A DNA stretch of 64,000 nucleotides from Bdellovibrionales bacterium (GTDB lineage Bacteria > Bdellovibrionota > Bdellovibrionia > Bdellovibrionales > JAUICD01): NCBI GenBank assembly GCA_965203275.1, contig OZ241865.1, forward strand, positions 448,001 through 512,000, given 5' to 3'. Shown here piece after piece: positions 39,151 through 50,078 of the stretch. The position numbers and the translations under genes are program-made. The notes beneath the pieces are model-generated. The model did not search any database and was not told where the DNA came from. It saw only the letters and a list, made by a program, of their open reading frames with translations. Position 1 is the stretch's first letter, and every line of letters begins with the position of its first letter.

Positions 39151-42012
39151 TTGAACTCACCTACACATTTAGAAAAGCCTAATTATAAACATACCTTGAA
39201 TTTCCCACAAACAAACTTTCAGATGAAAGCTCATTTGGCCGTCAGAGAACTTGATTTTATCCAAAGATGGCAGGATATGAACCTACATGAACAACTATTA
39301 GAACAAAACAAAAAAGCCCCTTCCTTTTGCCTCACAGATGGCCCTCCTTATGCAAATGGCCACCTACACATAGGGCATGCCTTAAATAAAATTCTCAAAG
39401 ATATTATTGTCAAATACAAAGCTATGAGCGGTTATAAGGCTGCCTTTGTCCCTGGATGGGATTGCCATGGCTTGCCGATAGAACATGTCGTGAGCAAAAG
39501 GCTCGAAGCTCAAAAAGAATCAAAAAGCCCCAAAGAAATTCGCCAGATGTGTCGTATGGAGGCTCAAAAATGGATCCAAATTCAAACAGATCAATTTAAA
39601 CGCTTTGGTGTATTAGCCGATTGGGATCACCCTTATTTAACTTTACAAAAAGAATACGAAGCAGAAGAAGTACGTATATTATCAAAGATGATTCAAAAAG
39701 GAGTTCTTTATAGAGACCAAAAATCTGTACATTGGTGTCCTGCCCTACAAACAGCTCTGGCAGAAGCTGAAATTGAATATCAACAGCATAAAAGCCCTGC
39801 TATCTACTTGAAATTTTACATCAAAGAAGGTATTGAAAAATTACTTCCTCAGAGTTGCTCCAAAGATTATCGAACAGCTTTGGTCATTTGGACAACAACC
39901 CCTTGGACAATCCCATCTAATAGGGCCCATGCTGTTCACCCTCAGTTTGATTACAACATTTATCAGCTAGATCAAGAATACATTATTCTTGCAAAAGAAT
40001 TACAATCTTCTTTCGAAGAGAAAATAAATCAAAAATTAAAACACATTGCAGGACCTTTTAAAGGTCAACAGCTAGAAGGAATCATGACTTATCAAGTGAT
40101 GTATCCAAAACAAATTTCACCTGTGATCTTATCTCACCACGTAACATTGGAAGCAGGGACAGGTATTGTGCATATAGCTCCTGGTCATGGTACAGATGAT
40201 TTTTACTTAGGGAAAAAATACAAACTTGAAATTTTCAGTCCTGTAGATGATTTTGGTTGTTACACAGATCAAGTTCCTGAGTACAAAGGCATGAATATTT
40301 TTGATGCCAATCCACTGCTTGTAAAGCAATTTCAAAAATCAGGTCATTTGATTCAACATGAAATAATTCAACACAGTTATCCTCATTGTTGGAGAAGTAA
40401 AACACCTCTTATTTTTCGTGCCACACAGCAATGGTTTGTCTCTATGGATCAAGAATCTCATCCTATCCGTAAAATGGCATTAAAAGCTATAAAAAATGTA
40501 GGCTGGATTCCTGAATGGGGAGAAAAACGCATAACTGGAATGATTGCTGATCGCCCAGACTGGTGTTTATCAAGGCAAAGGTTGTGGGGTGTTCCTATCC
40601 CTGTTTTCTACTGCGACCATTGCCATCATCCCTATCATACTCTAGAATCTATGAATAAAATAGCAGACAGCATGGAAAAGGAAAATGGCATTGAAGCCTA
40701 TTGGTCAAAACCTGTTTCTGCTTTTTTGCCACCAGATGCTCAATGTCAACAGTGTGGCCAAAATACTTTTCATAAAGGGAAAGACATTTTAGATGTGTGG
40801 TTTGATAGTGGAGTGTGTTGGGCTGCTATACAGAAAAAGCACCCTCTAATGACCTTCCCTGCTGATCTTTATATAGAAGGAAGTGATCAACATAGAGGAT
40901 GGTTTCATACAAGCTTATTGACGTCTGTAGCTATAGAACAAAAACCTCCCTTTAAAAATGTTTTAACACATGGTTTTGTGATGTTTTCTAAAGGTGTTAA
41001 GATGAGTAAAAGCGAAGGGAATATTATGGACCCTCAAAGTGTTATTCAAAAAAAGGGAGCAGAGCTTTTAAGGCTGTGGGCAGTACATGAAGACTACACA
41101 CAAGATATGACTTGTAATCCAGAGGCCTTTGATAGATTGACAGAAACTTATCGACGTATTCGTAATACAATGAGATTTTTACTAGGTAACTTAAATGACT
41201 TTTTAAAAAACCCTCAGGCTTGTCAGTTGCCATATAAGCAACTCAAAGACCTTGATCAGTGGATTTTACATCGACTCAATGGACTCATTAAAGAAGTCAC
41301 TCAAGCTTATGAGGGTTATGCTTTTTATAAAATTTATCATCTACTCAATAACTTTTTTAATGTGGAGTTGTCAGCCTTGTATTTAGATATTATTAAAGAT
41401 AGACTCTACGTTTGTCAGGCAGACAGTCCAGAAAGACGATCTGCCCAAACAGCTCTATGGTATTTAACAGAGACTCTTATTGGGCTAATGGCTCCTATAT
41501 TGTCTTTTTTATCTGAAGAAGTATGTGATCATTTACCGAATAATAAGAAAAGTGTTTTTTTGATGAGATTTCCAAGGTTAAGGACACAATGGGATAGACC
41601 TGACTTAGAAGAAAAATACACTTTGCTTTTAGCTTTGCGTAGAAAGGTGAGTAAAAAAATAGAAGACTTAAGAAATAAAAAGCAAATGCGATCTAGCTTA
41701 GAAGCTAGAGTTTGCTTGCAATGTCAAAAGGATAGTTTGCTTTACAAGTTTTTAAGTTCAGTTAAGGATGAACTGGTAGAATTTTTTATTGTTTCAGAGA
41801 TTGTTTTAGAAAATTTATCTGTCACAGGAGAAGAAAATAACAAAGGGCAGAAAGAAATATTAGAAAAACAAATAGAGAAACTAGAAGTTATTGTGACGAA
41901 AGCGCAAGGACAAAAGTGTGTAAGATGTTGGCATTTTAATCCACAGGTCGGGGAAGTTTTACCGGACCTCTGTCCAAAATGTACTTTGATTTTAAAAGCT
42001 TGTAACAATTAA
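39151..42012 (+). CDS. ileS: Isoleucine--tRNA ligase
   Basis: DGPPYANGHLHIGH, PGWDCHGLPIE, WTTTPWT, EGSDQHRGWF, KMSKS, C-terminal Zn finger; AGGAG before TTG. Confidence 0.98.
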   Translation: MNSPTHLEKPNYKHTLNFPQTNFQMKAHLAVRELDFIQRWQDMNLHEQLLEQNKKAPSFCLTDGPPYANGHLHIGHALNKILKDIIVKYKAMSGYKAAFVPGWDCHGLPIEHVVSKRLEAQKESKSPKEIRQMCRMEAQKWIQIQTDQFKRFGVLADWDHPYLTLQKEYEAEEVRILSKMIQKGVLYRDQKSVHWCPALQTALAEAEIEYQQHKSPAIYLKFYIKEGIEKLLPQSCSKDYRTALVIWTTTPWTIPSNRAHAVHPQFDYNIYQLDQEYIILAKELQSSFEEKINQKLKHIAGPFKGQQLEGIMTYQVMYPKQISPVILSHHVTLEAGTGIVHIAPGHGTDDFYLGKKYKLEIFSPVDDFGCYTDQVPEYKGMNIFDANPLLVKQFQKSGHLIQHEIIQHSYPHCWRSKTPLIFRATQQWFVSMDQESHPIRKMALKAIKNVGWIPEWGEKRITGMIADRPDWCLSRQRLWGVPIPVFYCDHCHHPYHTLESMNKIADSMEKENGIEAYWSKPVSAFLPPDAQCQQCGQNTFHKGKDILDVWFDSGVCWAAIQKKHPLMTFPADLYIEGSDQHRGWFHTSLLTSVAIEQKPPFKNVLTHGFVMFSKGVKMSKSEGNIMDPQSVIQKKGAELLRLWAVHEDYTQDMTCNPEAFDRLTETYRRIRNTMRFLLGNLNDFLKNPQACQLPYKQLKDLDQWILHRLNGLIKEVTQAYEGYAFYKIYHLLNNFFNVELSALYLDIIKDRLYVCQADSPERRSAQTALWYLTETLIGLMAPILSFLSEEVCDHLPNNKKSVFLMRFPRLRTQWDRPDLEEKYTLLLALRRKVSKKIEDLRNKKQMRSSLEARVCLQCQKDSLLYKFLSSVKDELVEFFIVSEIVLENLSVTGEENNKGQKEILEKQIEKLEVIVTKAQGQKCVRCWHFNPQVGEVLPDLCPKCTLILKACNN

Positions 42013-42052
42013 ATAGACGTTAAAACAGATTTTTTCTTAACATGGTGTAAAA

Positions 42053-42553
42053 ATGAAATATTTTATTCTTATTTCTATTGCAGGGACAATCATTGCATTA
42101 GATCAGCTGACAAAAATGTATATTTATACTTATTTTCATGTAGGGGAGAGTGTTGCCATCATTCCTGATTTTTTTAATATTACTTCTGTGAGGAATCCAG
42201 GGGCTGCTTTTGGATTTTTAGCTGAAACAGAGCCTATTTTTCGTGAAACTTTTTTTATGATTCTACCTCCTTTTGCTCTATTGATTATTATTTTGATATT
42301 AAGAAAAGTAGCGTCCAATGACATCATACAAATTATTGCCCTTTCTTTAATTTTTGGGGGAGCTGTTGGCAATTACATTGACCGTATTCGCTTTCAGCAT
42401 GTGATTGACTTTTTAGACTTTCATTTTAAACACTATTATACATGGCCTGCTTTTAATGTGGCCGATATTTGTATTGTGTCAGGTATTTGTATTTTTATTT
42501 TATTAATGATCAGAGATGCTAAAGAAGAATTTAAAAAAGAGCAAAAGCCTTAA
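42053..42553 (+). CDS. lspA: Lipoprotein signal peptidase
   Basis: DQLTK, NPGAAFG, GGAVGNYIDR, VIDFL, WPAFNVAD. Confidence 0.97.
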   Translation: MKYFILISIAGTIIALDQLTKMYIYTYFHVGESVAIIPDFFNITSVRNPGAAFGFLAETEPIFRETFFMILPPFALLIIILILRKVASNDIIQIIALSLIFGGAVGNYIDRIRFQHVIDFLDFHFKHYYTWPAFNVADICIVSGICIFILLMIRDAKEEFKKEQKP

Positions 42554-42555
42554 TT

Positions 42556-43464
42556 ATGACTTATTGGACACATAATCTAGATCCTGTTTTACTTTCTGTA
42601 GGTCCTATCAATATTCATTGGTATGGAATGATGTACATTATTGGATTTGTTTCAGGATATTTTCTACTCTGTTATCGGTGGAAAAAAGGCAAGTTTGCAT
42701 TAAACCCAGAAGAAATTCAAATTTTAATCACTTATTTAATGTTTTTTATGATCTTAGGAGCAAGGCTAGCTTATGTGGTTGTATATGATCCTTGGAACTA
42801 TCTACAAAATCCTGGAGATATTATAGCGATTTGGAAGGGAGGGCTTTCTTATCATGGAGCTGCTATTGGCTTTATGATGGCTTGTATTTTAATGGCCAAA
42901 CAATACCATATTACTTTTTTCCATATTGCAGATAATGTGGTTTTTGGTTCAGCTTTGGGTGTTATCTTTGGTCGGATAGGTAATTTTATTAATGGGGAAT
43001 TAGCAGGCCGTGTGACAGATGTGCCTTGGGCTGTGATTTTCCCTCAATCGGGGCCAGAACCACGGCACCCTTCACAACTTTATCAATCATTAGGAGAAGG
43101 ACTTTGTGTTTTAATATTATTAATCCTTGTAGAAAAATGGGAAACTCGTAAAGGCTATGCTCCAGATTATAAAGCATTGTTAAGTCAAAATACTTCTAAA
43201 GATAAAACTAAAAAATCTAAAAAGAAAAAACATCTACTTTTTGTAGAGTGGTCACGCACTGGCATTTTATGTGCAGCTTATTTGATCTTCTATGGGATCA
43301 CCCGGTCGATTGTGGAATTTTATCGTCAGCCAGATGAGCAGTTAGGATTTTTTGCACAGTATTTTAGTATGGGTCAAATCTTGTGCAGTTTGATGATTTT
43401 AATTGGATTGTTTTTATTGTGGTACCGCATTAGATACCCTATCCCTGTACGCTATCAGTTATAA
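42556..43464 (+). CDS. lgt: Prolipoprotein diacylglyceryl transferase
   Basis: IHWYG, LGARL, WKGGLSYHG, GRIGNFINGEL, RHPSQLY, EFYRQPD. Confidence 0.97.
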   Translation: MTYWTHNLDPVLLSVGPINIHWYGMMYIIGFVSGYFLLCYRWKKGKFALNPEEIQILITYLMFFMILGARLAYVVVYDPWNYLQNPGDIIAIWKGGLSYHGAAIGFMMACILMAKQYHITFFHIADNVVFGSALGVIFGRIGNFINGELAGRVTDVPWAVIFPQSGPEPRHPSQLYQSLGEGLCVLILLILVEKWETRKGYAPDYKALLSQNTSKDKTKKSKKKKHLLFVEWSRTGILCAAYLIFYGITRSIVEFYRQPDEQLGFFAQYFSMGQILCSLMILIGLFLLWYRIRYPIPVRYQL

Positions 43465-43502
43465 AGAAGGTATTTTGCCTGCGGGAAATAAAATTTCCCT
43501 TC

Positions 43503-43688
43503 CTAACGATAAAAAGAACCTTGAGTCCTGCCAGAATGATTTGTCCACTTATAAGAAGCATTTTGAGAAAAACGATTTTTCCAATCTTCCCAGTATTTGT
43601 CTGGATGCTGATGAGAAACCTTTCCATCAGAAGTGAACGTCACTTGAGGTGGCTTACCAAATAAAAACCTTAGTAGAAATTTTAACAT
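43503..43688 (-). CDS. Small hypothetical protein
   Basis: 61-aa ORF with protein-like composition (FGKPP.V.F...G.V.H.HP...W..WK.RF); fills the gap convergent with lgt. Confidence 0.55.
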   Translation of the reverse strand: MLKFLLRFLFGKPPQVTFTSDGKVSHQHPDKYWEDWKNRFSQNASYKWTNHSGRTQGSFYR

Positions 43689-43789
43689 ATTTTTATGACC
43701 TTTAGAACACGCACTTGAGCCATTGCCTGTTGATCAGGCACACCGGCAATTTTTAAATCTTCTACATATTTTAATGCATGAAATCCCAT
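43682..43789 (-). pseudogene. 35-codon remnant resembling a DUF1640/CCDC90 N-terminus
   Basis: MGFHALKYVEDLKIAGVPDQQAMAQVRVLKVIKIC resembles the F-D-T-L-K-F...L..AG....QAEA head motif but lacks the coiled coil and TM. Confidence 0.4.
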
Positions 43790-43874
43790 ACTTCATATTA
43801 CCACGAGATGGATATTTAAACAAGGGCTTTTTATTATTGTGTGATAGGGTTAGTTAAGCTTAGATGTACAAAAT

Positions 43875-43908
43875 AAAAAAAAGGGCGATCTTATTAAGGT
43901 CGCCCTTT
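43875..43908 (-). terminator. Rho-independent terminator downstream of the large surface lipoprotein
   Basis: AAAGGGCGATCTT-ATT-AAGGTCGCCCTTT stem; followed by a T8 run on the minus strand. Confidence 0.75.
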
Positions 43909-44011
43909 AAACTTAAAGAAAGTTTGTCTTTATCCTACACACTATACAGTAGGCACACTATACAGTAGGGCAGGATCAATGTGTTTTCATTGGTATAATG
44001 AAAACACCTTT

Positions 44012-46167
44012 TTATACAATAGAATCATCATTAGTCACAGTATTATTATTAGTAGCAGGTGGCTCATTATTATCGTTGGTATCTTCAGTGGCAGGAGCGG
44101 GAGCAGGAGCTTCGGGAGCAGGAGCTTCGGTAGCATCGGGAGCAGGATCGGTAGCTTCGGGAGCAGGAGCGGGAGCAGGAGCTTCGGGAGCAGGGTCGGC
44201 AGGATCGGGAGCAGGGGTCGGTAGGTTCAGCAGGGAGCAGGATCGGTAGCAGGAGCTTCAGTAGGAGCGGCAGGAGTAGTAGGTTCAGCTTCTGTATTGC
44301 CAGGTTCAGCAGGAGTAGTAGGTTCAGCAGGGGTAGTAGGTTCAGCAGTAGTAGGTTCAGCAGGAGTAGGTTCAGCAGTAGCATCAGTGGCATCAGCAGG
44401 AGGAGCATCGGGAGCAGGAGCAGGAGCTTCATCAGTGGCATGAGCATCAGCAGGAGGGGCATCAGCAGTAGGAGTAGTAGGAGCATCAGTGGCATCAGCA
44501 GTAGGAGTATCGGTAGCTGGAGCTTCAGTAGCAGGAGCTTCGGGAGCAGGAGCAGGAGCTTCATCATCGGCAACTGGAGTTAGGTTAGATACATACTCAA
44601 GACCTTCAAGAGCAAGTTGCATCACATAATTACCAACGACTATATCGACACCAAGAGTTAGTCTTCTATCATGAAGTTCTCTAGTTGTCCAAGTATCAGT
44701 ACTATCAGGGGCTTCTTCAATTAAAGCACTAAGAAAATCTGAATCAGCAGGTTCTGGTTGTTCCAAGCTTCTTCTAAATTCATCTCTGTTATCACTTTGG
44801 AAATGGAGAGATTTGGCAGGACCCTGATCAGAGTTGTCAGTATTGACCTCTAGTGACAAATGACCTGAATAACTTAAATATTCAGCAATATTTGTATCCG
44901 CAGGCACATTATCTGTAGCTACTACTGGATCTGCTGGAGCAGAAGTGTCTACAGAGTCAGCTTGATTTGCTGACTGATCTGAAGCTTCATCTGTTGTAGG
45001 TCCTTGGAAGAACATGGCACCTTGTGTAGGTGTAGTAACAACATCCTCTGTTGTTCCCTCTCCTGGTGCAAGAGATTGTTTCCATGCGTCTATTTGCTCA
45101 GGGGCAAACCAAATGATCTGTGCCATGTGTACACGCACAGTAGCATTGCTTAAAGCATTGCTTGCAGAACAAAGGCTTAATGCATCTGCGGGTAGTGCAG
45201 GTACCACATCACTCTGCTGGTCTGCTGATGTTTGAGGAGGTGCTACATCACCACTTTGTTGCTCAGTAGGTAGGGTACAAGCAATAACATTTGCATCTTC
45301 TGGAACACTTCCATTTTCCCAAGGCAAAAGATTGGCTGTCACATTTTCTACCTTACCAAAGTTAACCATAAAACGAGCTTGCAATGCAGTGTTTGCTTTC
45401 CACTTTCTTTCCTCTTCTTCCCCTTCTTCATCTTTAGGTTCTAAATATTCGTTAAGTGCCTCTCTTGAAGTTAAAGCTACTTCAGCTCTTATAAGATTGT
45501 TTTTATGAGCTTCATAATTTTGATCTAATAAAAGAACTGTTACAGCTTTACTTGTTTTTGTTTCATCAAGATCATGACGATTATATAAAAGTTTTCTGCC
45601 ATCACTTAATTGAACATTATTTTCAAAGAGATATTCTCCACTGTGATCATAACCGGTATCCCCATTATCTTCATCTTCTAATTCAACTCCAATGACCTGA
45701 CCCTGGTCATCCATTGGTGTTACATTTACAAATTTCATACTATCAAGACTAAGAGAGACAACATAGTCCTCACCCTCACTCTCACTAGCACTTTCTGCAC
45801 TACCTGTATTACCATCTGAACTTTCATTTTCACCTTCACTAGTATCTTCACTTTCATCATCAGTTGTTGGAGTAGCCCAACTTAAAAAATTCTCAAAAAG
45901 TTCTGCTTGCTCCGCAGTTAATGTATTGATTCCTCCTTGTTGATCTGCTACTATAGAACTTTCTTCTACACGTTGAGCATCTCTGAAGCTTTCAAAGCTT
46001 CTAGCATTTCTGCTATCAAAATCTGAATTACGTACTCTTAAGTTATTGACATACCCTTCATTGTCTACATGGTCAGGACTTGAAGGAGAACATCCTGTTA
46101 TAGTTAAGATCCCTGAAATACTTATTGCTACTATAGCTAATATTGATTTTAATTTTATAGTTTTCAT
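44012..46167 (-). CDS. Large acidic lipoprotein with Ala/Pro/Thr/Asp/Glu low-complexity tail; apparent frameshifts near 44214-44235
   Basis: AGGAGG SD; lipobox ITGC; tracked ORF stops at 44227 but the APAPEA pattern continues in a shifted frame to TAA at 44012. Confidence 0.78.
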
Positions 46168-46434
46168 AATGAATTACCTCCTAGGTATTTAAAAGATTAG
46201 AATGAACAAAAAAACCTAAACCTTATTCCTAAACCTTATTTGATTAATAATATACACAAATAATTAAGTTAATGTTTGACACTTAAACATCATCAATGCT
46301 TTATTGTGTATAAAGCCTTTTAAAACAGCCCACGATAAAAGTCAATAGCTTAAAGCAAAATATATTTAAAAATATGGTAAAAACCAATAAAATCAACTTG
46401 GATTTAAACTCTTTATGACGCGTTGTGTCTAACT

Positions 46435-47166
46435 ATGCCTAAAGTAGCTCAACAATTTATAGATATTGGACCTTTAAAAGCATTGGTTGTAGAAAACAAC
46501 TTGCAAGCTCAATATAATTTGGTTTTGCTCCATGGATATGGTGCTAATGCTCTTAACTTATATCCTTTGCACAGATATATTCCAACAAATAACAATATTC
46601 GGTGGATTTTTCCAGAGGGACCAAAAGCTGTCTATGCAGGTCCTCCAGGTTCTCAACCCTCAAATATAAACGTTAGCAACAACCCTTTAATTTTAGGTAA
46701 AGCATGGTTTGATATAGATACAAAAGCTATTGAAAAAAGGGATTTTTCTTTTGATCCAAAGGCTCATGCAGACTCAAAGCTTGTTTTAAAAAATGTCTAT
46801 CAAGCATTAAAGCCCTTCAGTCAATCTCATTTAATTATAGGAGGTTTTAGTCAAGGGGCTATGCTGGCCACCTACTTAACTATGACTACAGATTTAAATA
46901 TCAAAGGCTTAATTGTGTTATCAGGTGCTTTATTTCATCAAGACAAGCTATGGGAGGGAAGCCTTGTGAGTCGGCAGGGATTGCCCTTCTTTCAATCTCA
47001 TGGATATAGTGACGATATTTTAAATTATACAGAAGCAAAAAAGTTAGAGGTTGCCCTCCAAAAAAGAGGACTGCAAGGGCATTTGTTTAGTTTTGAGGGT
47101 GGACATGAAATACCAGAAGTGCTTTTCAGAAAACTTCAAGGTTTTCTCAATCAATTTGATCAATGA
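46435..47166 (+). CDS. Phospholipase/carboxylesterase (alpha/beta hydrolase)
   Basis: LLHGYGA, GGFSQGA nucleophile elbow, QSHGYSDDIL, FEGGHEIP. Confidence 0.92.
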   Translation: MPKVAQQFIDIGPLKALVVENNLQAQYNLVLLHGYGANALNLYPLHRYIPTNNNIRWIFPEGPKAVYAGPPGSQPSNINVSNNPLILGKAWFDIDTKAIEKRDFSFDPKAHADSKLVLKNVYQALKPFSQSHLIIGGFSQGAMLATYLTMTTDLNIKGLIVLSGALFHQDKLWEGSLVSRQGLPFFQSHGYSDDILNYTEAKKLEVALQKRGLQGHLFSFEGGHEIPEVLFRKLQGFLNQFDQ

Positions 47167-47205
47167 AGTTTTAGTTAGTAAAATAAAGTAAAAGAAGGTA
47201 TTTGT

Positions 47206-48489
47206 ATGCAAGGTGGACTTGGAAATCTCATCACAAGTGAAACCATTGTAGGAGCAGTTCCTCCTCATCAAAATAACCCTCAAAAGCACCCTTTAGGACT
47301 TTATGCCGAACAAATATCAGGTTCAGCCTTTACTCAAGCCCGTCATGAAAACCTGCGATCTTGGATGTACCGTATTTTACCATCAGTCAAACATGCTACT
47401 TATCAGCCCGATAAAAAAACAAATTTAAAAAATTTTTTAACACCTCCACTTAAAAAATATTTTTGCTCTCCTATCCAATATCGCTGGCACCCACTTGGAA
47501 TCCCTCAAGAACCTCATAATTTTTTAGAGGGTATTAAAACAATAGCCGTAGCAGGTCATCCACTTGAGCAATGTGGGCTAGCTGTGCATTTATTCACTGC
47601 TAATACTTCTATGGTAGATTCTTTTTTTGTTAATACTGATGGGCATTTATTGATTGTACCTGAGTTAGGAGATCTGCAAATACACACAGAGTTTGGCATT
47701 CTTGAGATTCAACCCAAAGAAATAGCCGTGATTCCTAAAGGTATTAAATTTCAAGTACAATTGAAAACCTCACAGGCCAGAGGTTATATTTGTGAAAATT
47801 TTGGATGTCCTTTTATATTACCACAATTAGGTCCTATTGGCTCTAATGGCTTAGCTAATGCTCGACACTTTTTGGCACCTGATGCACACTTTCATCATAA
47901 AGAAGGTTCTTTTTATCTGATCCACAAGTTTGCAGGTGAGTTTTTTAGGGCCACTTTAGATCATCACCCTTTAGATGTTGTAGGTTGGTATGGTAATTAT
48001 TTCCCTTACAAATATGACCTGAGGCTTTTCAATGTGATCAACTCTGTCAGCTTTGATCATCCCGATCCTTCTATCTTTACTGTCTTGACTTCTCCTTCAC
48101 CTAAGTTTGGCTTAGCAAATATGGATTTTGTGATTTTCCCTCCTCGATGGATGGTTGCAGAAAATACTTTTCGCCCTCCTTATTATCACCGAAATATCAT
48201 GAGTGAATTTATGGGATTGATTTACGGTCAATATGATGCAAAAGAAAAAGGCTTTTTACCTGGAGGCGGTAGTCTACACAATAGCTTTGCAGGACATGGA
48301 CCTGACACCCAGGCTTTTCAAGAAGCTAGCGATAAAAAGCTTCAGCCTGAAAAGTATGAAACTTCTTTAGCTTTCATGTTTGAAAGCAGTCGGCCATTTC
48401 AGGTCACAGAATATGCTCATCAGGGACCTTTGAGACAGCATGATTACAATGCATGTTGGCAAGGTCTCAAAAGCAAATTTCAACAATGA
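47206..48489 (+). CDS. hmgA: Homogentisate 1,2-dioxygenase
   Basis: GLYAEQISGSAFT, GPIGSNGLAN.RHF, FDHPDPSIFTVLT, FRPPYYHRNIMSEFMG, HGPD. Confidence 0.97.
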   Translation: MQGGLGNLITSETIVGAVPPHQNNPQKHPLGLYAEQISGSAFTQARHENLRSWMYRILPSVKHATYQPDKKTNLKNFLTPPLKKYFCSPIQYRWHPLGIPQEPHNFLEGIKTIAVAGHPLEQCGLAVHLFTANTSMVDSFFVNTDGHLLIVPELGDLQIHTEFGILEIQPKEIAVIPKGIKFQVQLKTSQARGYICENFGCPFILPQLGPIGSNGLANARHFLAPDAHFHHKEGSFYLIHKFAGEFFRATLDHHPLDVVGWYGNYFPYKYDLRLFNVINSVSFDHPDPSIFTVLTSPSPKFGLANMDFVIFPPRWMVAENTFRPPYYHRNIMSEFMGLIYGQYDAKEKGFLPGGGSLHNSFAGHGPDTQAFQEASDKKLQPEKYETSLAFMFESSRPFQVTEYAHQGPLRQHDYNACWQGLKSKFQQ

Positions 48490-48575
48490 TACGCTACATT
48501 ACTCTTAGTATAGATAATAAAAAATTCCAAAATAACTTAAGTTTTATTTTACATTAACATGAGGACGATGAAAAA

Positions 48576-50078
48576 TTACTTTCCTTTCATCGTGGGGAAA
48601 AGAATAACATCTCGAATAGAAGACTGATCTGTTAAAAGCATTACCAATCTGTCTATCCCTAAACCAACCCCGCCAGTAGGAGGCATACCTACTTCAATGG
48701 CATGCATAAAATCCATATCTAAAGGATGATAAGATTCTTTAGCTTCTTTCAAAGTGCTTTCAGATAAAGGCTGGCCTTCTTGTCTTAATTTGATAAGCCT
48801 TTGATATTGATCTTCAGGGTCATTGAGTTCAGAATAAGCATTACCTAACTCCATGCCTGCCATGATAGGTTCAAATCTCTCTACACGCCCAGGTGTTTTT
48901 CTGTGAGCTTTTGTTAAAGGGGAAACCTCAATAGGATGATCCATAATAAAAGTAGGATCCCATATTTGCCTTTCTACTAAACAATTAAAAAGCTCCATTA
49001 ATACTTCCCCATAAGATGCTTCTTTGTTCAAAGTTGAACCTTGTTCTTGACAGAGCCTCCAAAGTTTATCTTGTGATAAACTAGCTACATCTAAAGAAGC
49101 ATATTTTTTAAGAGCTTCGTCTATGGTGAGACGTTTCCAAGGAGGAGTCAAATCAAGTGTGCGACCTTGATATATGATTTGTTCTGAACCTTTAATCTTT
49201 TTAACAACATGACATATTAGATCTTCAAATTGTTTCATCTGATAAAAATAATCAGTATAGGCTTCATACCACTCTAACATTGTAAATTCAGGGTTATGAG
49301 ATCTATCAATACCTTCATTTCTGAAATTTTTATTTAAGTCATAAACTTTTTCAAAGCCTCCTACAATCAATCGTTTTAAGTAAATTTCAGGAGATATTTT
49401 CATATAGAGCCTCATATCTAAGGTGCGATGCTGAGTTACAAAAGGATGAGCAGCTGCTCCTCCATACACAGGTTGCAAAATAGGTGTCTCTACTTCTATA
49501 AAACCTTTTTGATCTAAAAAATGTCTAATTTCTTTAATGATCATAGCCCGTGTTTGAAAGACCTCTTTGGCCTTTTGATCGACAATCAAATGCAAATGCC
49601 TCAATCGATATTTTGTCTCAATGTCAGTTAGCCCATGAAACTTTTCTGGCAAAGATTCTAATGATTTGCATAAAATTTGAAAAGTTTGGCAGTGACAACT
49701 CATCTGTCCTGTCTTTGTTTTAAAGGGGAAACCCTTAAGCCCTATAATATCTCCGATATCTAAATGCTTAAAATGGATTTGATCTTCTGAAGATATATTT
49801 TGTATTTTAAGGTAGCATTGTAGCTGTCCTGTTTGATCTTGAATATGAAAAAAGCTTGCCTTACCCATATCTCTTTTGGTGATCACCCGGCCTGCTATTT
49901 GGAAAGATTTATCTTCTAGCTTTTGACCACTTTCTAAAAAGTTATGCTGATCAACAAAATCTTTACAAGATATATCCCTTTCAAAAGAATAAGAATAGGG
50001 GTTGATGTTTGCTTTTTTTAAAGCATGTAATTTGTTGCGTTTTTCTGCTTTAAGAGGGTTATCACGGCGATTGGACAT
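48576..50078 (-). CDS. lysS: Lysine--tRNA ligase (class II)
   Basis: EVETPIL, FRNEGIDRSHNPEFTMLE, NAYSELNDP, GMPPTGG.GLGIDRL. Confidence 0.98.
   Translation of the reverse strand: MSNRRDNPLKAEKRNKLHALKKANINPYSYSFERDISCKDFVDQHNFLESGQKLEDKSFQIAGRVITKRDMGKASFFHIQDQTGQLQCYLKIQNISSEDQIHFKHLDIGDIIGLKGFPFKTKTGQMSCHCQTFQILCKSLESLPEKFHGLTDIETKYRLRHLHLIVDQKAKEVFQTRAMIIKEIRHFLDQKGFIEVETPILQPVYGGAAAHPFVTQHRTLDMRLYMKISPEIYLKRLIVGGFEKVYDLNKNFRNEGIDRSHNPEFTMLEWYEAYTDYFYQMKQFEDLICHVVKKIKGSEQIIYQGRTLDLTPPWKRLTIDEALKKYASLDVASLSQDKLWRLCQEQGSTLNKEASYGEVLMELFNCLVERQIWDPTFIMDHPIEVSPLTKAHRKTPGRVERFEPIMAGMELGNAYSELNDPEDQYQRLIKLRQEGQPLSESTLKEAKESYHPLDMDFMHAIEVGMPPTGGVGLGIDRLVMLLTDQSSIRDVILFPTMKGK

Noticed and set aside
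43979..44573. Gly/Ala-, Ser/Arg- and Leu-rich ORFs
   Set aside because: Alternative frames or antisense of the lipoprotein low-complexity tail
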